In this document: positions 1-9,423 of the stretch, in pieces | Position numbering within the stretch: the first letter of the stretch is position 1 | Layout of the letters: each line of letters starts with the position of its first letter | Notes under the pieces: model-generated | Databases searched by the model: none | Seen by the model: the letters and a program-made list of their open reading frames with translations, nothing else | Told to the model about the DNA's origin: nothing | Position numbers and translations under genes: made by a program | Source: Candidatus Methanomethylicia archaeon | GTDB taxonomy: Archaea > Thermoproteota > Methanomethylicia > CALHIW01 | Assembly: GCA_038845975.1 (NCBI GenBank) | Contig: JAWBQF010000008.1 | Coordinates: 1 to 64,000, forward strand | Direction: 5' to 3' | DNA: 64,000 nucleotides

Positions 1-239
1 AAGACCTCGTCAATAGTTGCAGTAGCTGAACCAGTATTCTTAACCTGAAGCGCGATAATAGGTCTTCCACTAGTATCTTTTCCAGAACAGTATATGTATG
101 ATATTTCTAGTTTTTCATATCTTGTGAATAGTCCTGCTATTCCTACAACCCAGAATGCTACTGCTATTGCGAGTGCTACTGCTACAATAATTATTGTTGC
201 TATTACTGGGCTTATACCCCTCCTATTTAGCCTCCTCAA
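1..239 (-). CDS. Archaeal type IV pilin / archaellin-like protein (5' part; runs off window start)
   Basis: Manual translation of the minus strand from TTG at 239: MRRLNRRG|ISPVIATIIIVAVALAIAVAFWVVGIAGLFTRYEKLEI...LQVKNTGSATATIDEV. This is a class III signal peptide (basic RRG, then a hydrophobic helix). Not in the ORF track. Confidence 0.9.
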   Translation of the reverse strand, partial: MRRLNRRGISPVIATIIIVAVALAIAVAFWVVGIAGLFTRYEKLEISYIYCSGKDTSGRPIIALQVKNTGSATATIDEV

Positions 240-567
240 TTTACAATGCCATGTATGTGTTAGGGTTAATGGTTTAGACAATAACAAGTTAAGAAGTATA
301 AGATTTTGAGAAATCGATGAACATTTAGAGACCTCATGGGGGACAATACATAAGTAAAAATAGAACATGCTAAAAAGTAATGGATGTCTAATAACATGCT
401 ATAATTTGAGCAAGACCACAGATTGCTAAATGAGTAGACATCATGTAGAGAATTGATTGAATATGGGTAAATGGAGATTATAACAAGAGGGTGATAAATG
501 GTATAACATCTAAAGTTTGTAGTGTATTCTTCTTGTAGGGAAGACTTAAATAGTTTTAGGTGATTTT

Positions 568-1287
568 ATGAATGTTACGGAATGGTTGATGGGAGCTAGA
601 TGGTTAATGGAGATTTGTAGGAGATTATTGGAGTATGATTCAAATATTGTTGAGATTGTTCAGTTCGGATCATCAGTCTATGCTTCTGAGTATGCTAGGG
701 ATGTGGATATCTTGGTGTTAACTAGGAGAGCTAGGGATTATGATGGATACTTGGATGCCGTATGTATTGGGGATTCCCCGTTTAATGTGGATGTAGTTGT
801 TATGGATATTAGTGGGGGCTAAGGCTTAGGGAGGAGTTTATGAGAAGTATAACTGGAGCATTTAGGGTGCTGTATGGACGTGGGAAATATATACTTGACT
901 ATGCTAAGACTCTTAGTGATCCAACGTTTGAGGAGTTAGGTCCTCGTTAAGAGTTGCAGCTTCACTACTAAACCTCGCATTGGAAACCACTAATCTGCTT
1001 GATATGGATAGACTTATCAGGGAAGCTTTTGATGCTCTCTTTCATGCTGCTAGAATAGCTTCAATGACTTACCTCTCAATTGAAGTTAGTAGGTGGGGTT
1101 TAATTAGGAGGGAGCTACCAGAACCCTATGGGGATAAGTTTAAGGAATTCATAAAAGTTCTACATATAAAATACTTCTACCATGGAGCTATCTTAAGAAT
1201 ATGGTTAAAGAGAAATTTAATAAATGGTATATGAGGGTGGAGAACTTCATTATTAGGTTGGAATCTGAAATGAGAAAGCTTAAGTAG
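568..1287 (+). pseudogene. Minimal nucleotidyltransferase (MNT)-HEPN-like fusion, frameshifted
   Basis: FGSSVY...RDVDILV...VDVVV is an MNT motif. Downstream fragments (AFDALFHAARIASMTYL...LHIKYFYHG) look HEPN-like. The reading frame breaks near 815, 940 and 1190. Confidence 0.7.
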
Positions 1288-2070
1288 ACATCTTGTAGAA
1301 ACGATATGGGCTTGTAGAAATTTATCATATGTTAATCCTATATTAGGAAATGGATTCTATTCCTCTATTTATGTAAGGATTTTGAAGTTGTTTTAGCGTA
1401 ATATTTTTTATGGGTATTACTATTCAAAGGAGGGAACTTTAAGAAAATAGGGAGGCAATGTGAAGTATAAGTAGATGTATTTCAACTATAGTAATTCATG
1501 GAGTTGCAGCTTACTCTTCAAGTAAAGGATGTGAATTAGCAAAGCTAATAGTAAATTTGTTAGAAAGACTTCAAAATAATAGATGTTAATGCTGAAATTT
1601 TAAACATCAGTTAAGACGTAAATATAAATCTCTTATGGTGAACAGTATAATAGCAGCTTTAAACCTAGATGTATTACTCATGATAGATAACTCCATATAA
1701 AACCGTAAAGAAATCGAAACAGAATGGATTTAGCTTTACTTCTCTATATTATAGCTTCAATTATTAAGACTATTACTAAGTGTAATAGTCATACTCTAGA
1801 TTCTGAAGGAAAGATCTAATATCCTCTCTTATAGCTCTGTAAATCTAACATATTCATCACTTACCTCTAATATTGTATTTCTACGAATTCTCCCATATAT
1901 AGGCTGAGGAAAACTGTTAATGTAAGCAGGCTGCACTAGAAAGATTTAGCCCTTATGAACTAGCCTATTCCCAACATCATGTTAAGACTATGGACAAGCA
2001 TTAATTTAATAGACTATTGATAAGGAGGGAGAGTTAGTATACATATAGGATTATTGAGAAAAGCTTATTA

Positions 2071-2107
2071 ACTATAGATGTGTGTAGTTACTATATAGGT
2101 GTGTAGT
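2071..2107 (+). promoter_or_regulatory. Tandem 18-bp operator-like repeat (ACT-N12-AGT x2, 19-bp period)
   Basis: actatagatgtgtgtagt (2071-2088) and actatataggtgtgtagt (2090-2107), 16/18 identical, between a TATA-like cttattaa (2064-2071) and ATG at 2108. Confidence 0.7.
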
Positions 2108-3193
2108 ATGCTTTTTCAGGATAGACCTGTTGAAAACCCTAATGATCTATATGATCGTGAAGAGGAGTTGGAGAAGTTAAGGAAAGCTATGATGGAGAAA
2201 GCAATTACTCTAGTTATTGGTTTTAGAAGAACAGGAAAGATATCTCTTATTAAGGTTGCAAGCTTAAATAATAATGTAGTTTATGTTGATGCTAGAGTGT
2301 TTGAGGAGCGAAACTATATAAACAGAGAGATTTCTAGAGGAGTTTGGTAAGGGAATTAATTCCTTCATACCGAGGAAAAAGAGAATTCTTGAATTTCTTA
2401 AGAATATATCAGGTATTAAAGTAAAAGGTTTTGAAGTTATGTTTTCATGGAGTGGGGGAGAATTTCATTCACATCAATACTAGAAGAACTTAATAGATGG
2501 CTGAATTAGATAATACGAAACTCATAGTTGTTATAGATGAAGTTCAAGAACTAGTAAAGCTGAAAGGATTCAGCCTACTTCCCACTATTGCTTATGCTTA
2601 CGATAATTTAAGAAATATCTCATTTGTTTTTGCAGGTTCTAAGATAGGTATGCTGTACAAGTTTCTTAAGATAGAAAATTCATCCTCTCCACTCTATGGA
2701 AGATACATGGAGGAAGTGGATGTTAAGCCCTTATCCCGTGAGCAATCAATAGATTTTCTATATAAGGGATTTAGTGAGGCTGGAGTTAATCCAAGTAGGG
2801 AGATAATAGAGGATGCTGTAGATAAGCTAGATGGTATTATAGGGTGGCTTAGCTACTTCGGACTTACTGCACTAAGAAATGGATTAAGTGAAGAAACAAT
2901 AAGAAAGGTACAGAATACTGCATTTAAAATAGTTATTAGTGAATTCTGTAATTTTGTTAGAAGTAGAGGCTCAAGAAGATATATGGAAATCCTGAAAGCT
3001 GTGAAAAACAGTGCATGTTGAAGTGAAATAAAAAGATATCTTGAACTTAAAACAGGTGAAAAATCTACGACCCGAACTTTCAAAACTACTTAGAAACCTC
3101 ATAGATTCATCATTCATAGAGAAGAAAGGCGAAATCTACATAATTCAAGATCCAATACTAAGATATGCTACTGGAAAAATCATGTTAACTTGA
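2108..3193 (+). pseudogene. Archaeal ATPase (ATPase_2 P-loop + C-terminal wHTH), disrupted
   Basis: MLFQDRPVENPNDLYDREEE; degenerate Walker A GFRRTGKI; Walker B IVVIDEVQ; SPLYGR. Frameshifts near 2320, 2460 and 3060 and an in-frame TGA at 3019. Confidence 0.88.
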
Positions 3194-3360
3194 ACTCTAA
3201 TGCTCTAGTAGTAGCTTTAGAGGAGAGTATAGTTACTATTAAAGCTATTTCTTTGAATGAGTTGGAAGTATTAATAGCATATAATTATACTGTAATTGAC
3301 AGTATGAGGATTAAGTTTTGTTTATTTAGGTTGAAGTTTATGTAGCTTAAATATATGTAT

Positions 3361-4485
3361 TTAGAGATTTTGAATTGTATATTTTAGGATTGAATCCGTA
3401 ATATTGTAGGTTACTTCCCCGTCTTCATGTTTCTTCTCAATAATTCCCATTTTCTGTAGGTTTAGAAGTAGTTCGTGGAGAGCTGGGTCACTAAGTGGTT
3501 GTAGTTCTTTTGATATTATGTAGCTCTTTATTTCACTCCATCTCCGCCTATTTAGGGATATGCTTTCAAGTATGTAGCGGTATCTTCTACTTCTTTGAAA
3601 TAGTTCTTCAAGCTCCCTTCTTACAAGCTTAGAGCCTTGAATAAAGGTTTCCATAATGCTCTCTCTTTTATTAACTAGGTTTTTATCGATTGATATCCTC
3701 CCGAAGAAGACAAGCCAGCCTATAACTCCATTAAGGTAGTTAACAGCCTCCTCCAAGAATTCATTGGAGGGTTTAACTCTATACTCCTCGAATCCTCTTC
3801 TAAGAAAGTTAATGCTTTCCTCTCTGCTTAGTCTTTCTAGGGTTACTTCATAGTAGTATCTTCCGTAAAGCTCGGATTTAGGATTGTCTATTCCTAGGAA
3901 ATCATGTAGTAGTCCCACCTCACTACCTGAGAGAATTAGGCTAATATTTTTTAGATTATCGTAGATATAGGCTATTAAACCTCTAAAGTTTAGTCTTGAG
4001 TATCTTAGGTATTGTCCTTCATCAAAGACAATAATGGCCCTTCTACCTTCATTCCCACTCCATTCATCCATGGCTTCAAGAAGCCTATAGAGAATGGGGA
4101 ATCCTCTATTAACCTTACCTCCCAAATCTACACGTATTCCTGTAGGTGAAATCTCTATGCTTGAAACCCTTCCTAAATATTCTTTAAACCTCCTCCATAA
4201 CTTGGAGGAAACTATTTTGTTAACGTTTTCCTCTACCATCTGGTAGATACTATAGCTATTTATAAAATTGTATTTTTGATATATTCCTCTAACATCAAAG
4301 TATATGTATGGATTTTTCATTAAGTTAAGAACAACCCTAATTAAGCTAGATTTTCCAATTCTTCTAATCCCCAATACTAGAATTAACTTTCTACCCTCAA
4401 CTAAAGCTCCTCTTAAACTATCTATATCCTCCTCTCTATTAAAGAAATCTTTAACATCTTCTTTGACATCCTCATCAAATAACAT
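3361..4485 (-). CDS. Archaeal ATPase (ATPase_2 / AAA+ STAND-related) with C-terminal wHTH
   Basis: MLFD...FFNREED; Walker A GIRRIGKSS; Walker B IIVFDEGQ; SGSEVG; SELYGR; C-terminal RWSEIK...L.NLQKMGII. Confidence 0.92.
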   Translation of the reverse strand: MLFDEDVKEDVKDFFNREEDIDSLRGALVEGRKLILVLGIRRIGKSSLIRVVLNLMKNPYIYFDVRGIYQKYNFINSYSIYQMVEENVNKIVSSKLWRRFKEYLGRVSSIEISPTGIRVDLGGKVNRGFPILYRLLEAMDEWSGNEGRRAIIVFDEGQYLRYSRLNFRGLIAYIYDNLKNISLILSGSEVGLLHDFLGIDNPKSELYGRYYYEVTLERLSREESINFLRRGFEEYRVKPSNEFLEEAVNYLNGVIGWLVFFGRISIDKNLVNKRESIMETFIQGSKLVRRELEELFQRSRRYRYILESISLNRRRWSEIKSYIISKELQPLSDPALHELLLNLQKMGIIEKKHEDGEVTYNITDSILKYTIQNL

Positions 4486-4523
4486 TACTTAACCCCCATT
4501 AATTTACTTAACCCCCATTAAGT
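4485..4523 (-). promoter_or_regulatory. Tandem 18-bp operator-like repeat (19-bp period) upstream of the ATPase
   Basis: Perfect direct repeat ttacttaacccccattaa at 4485-4502 and 4504-4521. Minus strand reads TTTATATACTTAATGGGGGTTAAGTAAATTAATGGGGGTTAAGTAATG (TATA box, two units, ATG). Confidence 0.8.
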
Positions 4524-4797
4524 ATATAAATCTTACTACAAAATTTTATATTAATCTATAGACTATTTTAATGAATAGTAGAAATATGGGGGTACATGAA
4601 GCCCCCTCCTAAACTTAATATGAGAAATATATGTAGCTAAGGCTAGGTATGGATTTCATACTGTGGAATTATTTATGTTGATTATAGGTGAGGTTATAAG
4701 TTTTATGTAAGATTCCATTACAGTCTGTAATATTGTTTTTCATTTCAACCGTTAACTATATATATGGATGGTATATATAATTAGTAAGGTGTAGTGT

Positions 4798-6291
4798 TTG
4801 AAGGCTATGTTTATAATTGCCATATCACTATTGTTTATTTTTTCACTTGTTTTCAGCTTTACTTCATGTTCAGCTGAGGCTGTTGTTACCCGTTCTAACC
4901 TTATTGATTGGGATGGTTCTCTCTTCTGGTTTAATGTTACGTTTCCTGATGAGTGGGCTGTTAAGCATAATTATACTGTTGATTTTAGTTTTAAGCTTGT
5001 TACGTTGAAGGGTAATGCTGCTTTACGTTTAATAAGACTTCATGCATATATTCCCGGAACTGAGATTTCCAATTCTACACCTATTATGAGGGAGCTGAGG
5101 ATTGATGATGTTTACACAGTCTCCCTAAGTTTCTGGGCTAAGGACTTTTCATTCAGTTCAATTCCTGCCGGTAGCTCTAAGCTTTATAAGATTAATATTG
5201 ATCTTTACGGTGAGATTGATAAGGTTGTTAAGGATGTAAAATATACCTATCCTAAGAGTTCAAGCTTTAGCTTTAACCTACAGATTCGATCACCAGCTGC
5301 TCCAGTAATTCTATCACATAATGCTCCAAGTAGTGTTGACGTTAATGCTCCATTCGATATTGGCTTAACTCTTCTTAATGGTGGTGAATACTTTATTAGG
5401 AACATTAAGATTCAAGCTCTCCCTCCTAGTGGTCTTCAGCTTCGTAGTGTTGATGTTTTCGAGGTTAAATCTATGAGTGTTAATGAGAGTAAAGTGTTTA
5501 CGTTTAGATTTATAGCTTTAAATCCTGGCTTACATAGTGTTAAGTTTACAGTATCCTATATTAGCTATGGAGACTACGAGGTTAAGAGGGATTTAACAGT
5601 TCAGGTGAGAGCTAAATCTCTAAGTAGTATTACATGTAGCTACAGTCCCAAAACACCTACAGTTTTCACTCCTGTAAATATTACTGGATCTATTAATCCT
5701 AATCGTCAATCTGAAATTAGTGTACTTGTTATAAATCCTATGAATATGAATAAAACATTTACAGCTAAAACAGATTCTAAAGGTATGTTTAGTACTGCAT
5801 TTACTCCTGATGTTATTGGTACGTGGAGGATTGTTGTAAGCTGGCCTGGTGATAGTGAGTATAGCTCTTCTCAAACATCTTTTAGTATTGATGTTGGTAA
5901 GGGTGTATTAAATGTGGTTTTAAGTATTAATCCTGAAAATCCTAGAATTGATAGTGATGTTACTGTTTCAGGTAGGCTTTCAATACCAGTAGATGTAACA
6001 TTATCCCTACTTATTACTTCCCCTACTGGTTCATCATCTAGATTTAATGTTCAAGCATCTAGGGGAAGCTTTACATATACTTTTAGGGTTAATGAGGCTG
6101 GTACATGGGTTGTTGATGTAAGCTGGCCTGGTAATGAAAGCTTTCAGGGATTCCGTAGAGTACAAACATTTGAAGTCCATACTCCTGAAAGAGGATTCTT
6201 ATTTGGATTATCTCTTGCCCAACTCATCATAATAGCCTCAGTAGTAATTGTATTTATTGTTGTTTTACTGATTGTGTTTAGGAGGCGTTAA
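4798..6291 (+). CDS. Secreted, membrane-anchored surface protein with several Ig-like (CARDB / COG1361 / Big-like) domains
   Basis: N-terminal signal peptide; beta-rich Ser/Thr-rich body; two repeats GTW.(I/V).VSWPG(D/N); C-terminal TM helix followed by RRR. Confidence 0.8.
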   Translation: MKAMFIIAISLLFIFSLVFSFTSCSAEAVVTRSNLIDWDGSLFWFNVTFPDEWAVKHNYTVDFSFKLVTLKGNAALRLIRLHAYIPGTEISNSTPIMRELRIDDVYTVSLSFWAKDFSFSSIPAGSSKLYKINIDLYGEIDKVVKDVKYTYPKSSSFSFNLQIRSPAAPVILSHNAPSSVDVNAPFDIGLTLLNGGEYFIRNIKIQALPPSGLQLRSVDVFEVKSMSVNESKVFTFRFIALNPGLHSVKFTVSYISYGDYEVKRDLTVQVRAKSLSSITCSYSPKTPTVFTPVNITGSINPNRQSEISVLVINPMNMNKTFTAKTDSKGMFSTAFTPDVIGTWRIVVSWPGDSEYSSSQTSFSIDVGKGVLNVVLSINPENPRIDSDVTVSGRLSIPVDVTLSLLITSPTGSSSRFNVQASRGSFTYTFRVNEAGTWVVDVSWPGNESFQGFRRVQTFEVHTPERGFLFGLSLAQLIIIASVVIVFIVVLLIVFRRR

Positions 6292-6292
6292 T

Positions 6293-7210
6293 ATGATTGA
6301 TTTGAAAAGTAGTTTTCATATCTACCCATTCACTATGGCTAGACTCTATGCTATAGGTGTTTTACTGATTGTTTTAGGTATTAGATTTATTTATCTTATA
6401 GGTAGTTTAACCTCATTATTTGATCTCTACTTTACTCTTGGAGTTATAATATCTATAGTTGCTGTATCCACCATTAAAACTCCTAAACTTACTCTTCTCT
6501 CTATAGTGAAGATATTTCTAGCTGTAATTCTTCTTATACTACCATTTGTTATTGGTGAGCTTTTCATGATTTATCTACCTTACACGTATTATCATAGCTT
6601 CGAAAGCTTCCTTATGTGGTTTTTCTCCTATCTCATGGTTCACCAGCAATTTATAGCTCTACTATCATCTATACTAATTCTTCTTACAGGTGTCTCACTA
6701 ATTATCTATGCTGTAGCTTCAAGCTTGATTGTTAAGATTAGGCTTACTGAGGATGGATTGATTGTTGAGGAGGGATTTTTAAAACCTATCCATGTCTCAA
6801 TACCATTCAGTGAAATTGTTAATGTTGAGGTTTTACAGAATAGGTTTGAAGAGCTTTTCGACTACGGTAACTTAATTATTATTAGGAAAACGGATTCTAT
6901 AAGTATTAACGGTATTGAGAAGCCATGGCTATTAAAGAAGCATATTGTAGGTAGGATTCAGGAGTTTACTAGGAGGGAAATTACAGCTACCTTTGATGAG
7001 CTTGCAGGTACTCTTGACTTTAAGTCAACATGTAAAATATGTTTAAAACCATTAATGACAGGTTCAGGTACATTATCTCTTATTAAATGTCCATATTGTG
7101 GTGCAGTATATCATGATGAATGCATGTCTCTATGGCTTAAAAACGAAAATACATGTCCTAGCTGCGGTACTAATCTTTTAAATATTTTAGGTATTAGGAG
7201 GACTGGATAA
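6293..7210 (+). CDS. Membrane protein with bacterial PH (bPH_2) domain and C-terminal RING-type zinc finger
   Basis: About 4 TM helices; bPH_2-like GLIVEEGFL...SIPFSEIVNVEVLQN..E.LFDYGNLII; C-terminal CKIC-x15-CPYC-x4-H-x2-C-x3-W-x6-CPSC. ATG at 6293 is preferred because it directly follows the upstream stop. Confidence 0.8.
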   Translation: MIDLKSSFHIYPFTMARLYAIGVLLIVLGIRFIYLIGSLTSLFDLYFTLGVIISIVAVSTIKTPKLTLLSIVKIFLAVILLILPFVIGELFMIYLPYTYYHSFESFLMWFFSYLMVHQQFIALLSSILILLTGVSLIIYAVASSLIVKIRLTEDGLIVEEGFLKPIHVSIPFSEIVNVEVLQNRFEELFDYGNLIIIRKTDSISINGIEKPWLLKKHIVGRIQEFTRREITATFDELAGTLDFKSTCKICLKPLMTGSGTLSLIKCPYCGAVYHDECMSLWLKNENTCPSCGTNLLNILGIRRTG

Positions 7211-7211
7211 T

Positions 7212-9257
7212 ATGCCCATATTTAGAAGAGGTAGGAAAGAAGTAGGTAGTAGCGAACCTACTGTAAATGAGAAGATTGAAGAGGAGAAAACTGAGAAGAA
7301 GATTGAGGCTTCTCAAACCATACCTATTAAAAAGATTTTAGTGAGAACTAGGAAGAGAAGAATTGAGGAGAAGATAACATACACCTTTAAACCATTACCG
7401 TCAACCTATGTACTTATAGATTCCTACTGGGTTAAGGAGCCCTATGCAAAGGTAAATATTGTCTCACTACCTGAGCTTGGTGGTGCTTATGCATACTATG
7501 TTGATGAAGTTAAGCTTTCAAGAGATGAGAGAAGGATATGTGATAGGTTAATCGATATTTTAAGCGCTGAGCTTAGACCTCCTGAAGTAGATGTTGAAGA
7601 TGTTAAACAATACGTTCTAGATGAGGCTAGAAGGCTTTCACGTAAGTATAGAATTGCATTGGGAGGTCTTACTGAGGATAGTTGGAGTAGAATACTCTAC
7701 TATGTTGAGAGGGATCTTATAGGTTTCGGTCCTATTCACGTTATGATGGGAGACCATAATATTGAGGATATATCATGTGAAGGTATTGGTAGACCCGTAT
7801 ATGTATGGCATAGAATTTATGAAAGCCTCCCAACAAATCTTATATTTATAGATGAGAATTCACTTGACGACTTCATAGTTAAGCTTGCACATATTGGTGG
7901 TAAACATATATCAACAGCATTCCCAATCGTTGATGCTATGCTTTACGGTAAGCATAGGCTTGCAGCAACATTTAAGAAGGAGATTTCACCTAGAGGCTCA
8001 ACATTTACAATAAGAAAGTTTAGGGAGAAGCCGTTTACAATTACTGAGCTTATTAAGCTTGGAACTATTGATGAGGAGATGGCTTCCTACTTCTGGATTC
8101 TCCTAGAGAATAAGGCTTCAATAATTGTTATGGGTGGTACAGGTGCTGGTAAGAGTACAACTCTTAATGCTCTTGCAAGCCTTATTAAGCCAGGTATGAA
8201 GATATGTACTGTCGAGGAGATTGCTGAGCTTAACTTCCCACATGAGAACTGGGTTCAATTCGTTACTCGTGAAAGCTATGGTCTTGGAAGCTCAACAGCT
8301 GGAAGTATTGATTTATTTACACTTGTTAAGACAACTCTTAGATATAGGCCTGACTATATTGTTGTAGGTGAGGTTAGAGGACAGGAAGCATTTGTACTCT
8401 TTCAAGCTTTAGCTACAGGTCATGGTGGAATGTGTACAATACATGCTGAAAGTATAGATTATGCTGTTAAGAGGCTTACAAGCCCACCTATGAATGTAAG
8501 TGAGGTTTATATTCCACTTATGAATGTAGCTGTTCTTGTTGAGAGGGTTTACCTACCTAGAAGAGTTGGTGGCTTAAAGTTCGGTAGGAGAGCTAGGGAT
8601 ATATCTGAGGTTTTAGGCTATGGGGAATATGAACCAATATTTAGATGGGATCCTATAAATGACTCCTTCATCTCAAACATTGAGAAAAGCTACCTACTAA
8701 ATAAGATTGCTCAGAGAATAGGTAAGTCTCTCGGGGATTTGCTTGACGAGCTTATAAGGAGGAAAACCGTTTTGAAATGGATGGTTTCTAAGGGGATATT
8801 TGATATGAGTGATGTTGCTAAGATAATTACTAGATACTATATTAATCCATCTGAAGTATATGAGAAGGCAGCTGCGGAGATAGGTGCACCGATAAAGCTT
8901 AAAGTTACTACTACAATGCCACAAGCTAGAGAACCCATAATTACTGCTCAGCCAATACTAGCAATTTCACCTGAAGAAACTTCAATAGAAGCTCTTGACG
9001 ATAAAGCATACGGTATACTTAAAATACTAATAAGTAGAGGGGGTAAAACAACATATGGAAGCTTACTATCAGAAACTCCACTAGCACCTGTTGAATTCTG
9101 GAGATATCTAAATACTTTAAAGGAGGCTGGATATGTTGATATTAAAACAGGATCCGACGAGTCCGGTAAGCCTAGAACAATTGTAAGCATAACTGAATCT
9201 GGGGAGAAATTATATAAGTCATCAGTAGAAAACAGGGAAGGCAAAAACACCTCCTAA
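7212..9257 (+). CDS. Type II/IV secretion / pilus assembly ATPase (FlaI/TadA/VirB11 family) with extra C-terminal wHTH
   Basis: IEDISC; FTIRKF; Walker A GGTGAGKST; LRYRPDYIVVGEVRG; His box TGHGGMCTIHA; C-terminal DDKAYGILKIL...FWRYLNTLKEAGYV...VSITESG. Confidence 0.92.
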   Translation: MPIFRRGRKEVGSSEPTVNEKIEEEKTEKKIEASQTIPIKKILVRTRKRRIEEKITYTFKPLPSTYVLIDSYWVKEPYAKVNIVSLPELGGAYAYYVDEVKLSRDERRICDRLIDILSAELRPPEVDVEDVKQYVLDEARRLSRKYRIALGGLTEDSWSRILYYVERDLIGFGPIHVMMGDHNIEDISCEGIGRPVYVWHRIYESLPTNLIFIDENSLDDFIVKLAHIGGKHISTAFPIVDAMLYGKHRLAATFKKEISPRGSTFTIRKFREKPFTITELIKLGTIDEEMASYFWILLENKASIIVMGGTGAGKSTTLNALASLIKPGMKICTVEEIAELNFPHENWVQFVTRESYGLGSSTAGSIDLFTLVKTTLRYRPDYIVVGEVRGQEAFVLFQALATGHGGMCTIHAESIDYAVKRLTSPPMNVSEVYIPLMNVAVLVERVYLPRRVGGLKFGRRARDISEVLGYGEYEPIFRWDPINDSFISNIEKSYLLNKIAQRIGKSLGDLLDELIRRKTVLKWMVSKGIFDMSDVAKIITRYYINPSEVYEKAAAEIGAPIKLKVTTTMPQAREPIITAQPILAISPEETSIEALDDKAYGILKILISRGGKTTYGSLLSETPLAPVEFWRYLNTLKEAGYVDIKTGSDESGKPRTIVSITESGEKLYKSSVENREGKNTS

Positions 9258-9423
9258 ACACATATACAGCTTAAACATAAATTTACATCCATGTTAAGGC
9301 TGATATTTTAATACTTACTAGTATTTAGCTGTTTTAAATGTATTAGGCTTAAAATTTTAGTTATAGCTATCTGGAAAATATTTATATACTATAAATAATT
9401 TATTTTAAGGCTTAAGTGTACGG

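Noticed and set aside
94-309. 71-aa + strand ORF
   Set aside because: Antisense shadow of the pilin gene.
2300-3080. Programmed frameshifting or readthrough in the first ATPase
   Set aside because: Several independent lesions plus a damaged Walker A (GKI) indicate pseudogenisation.
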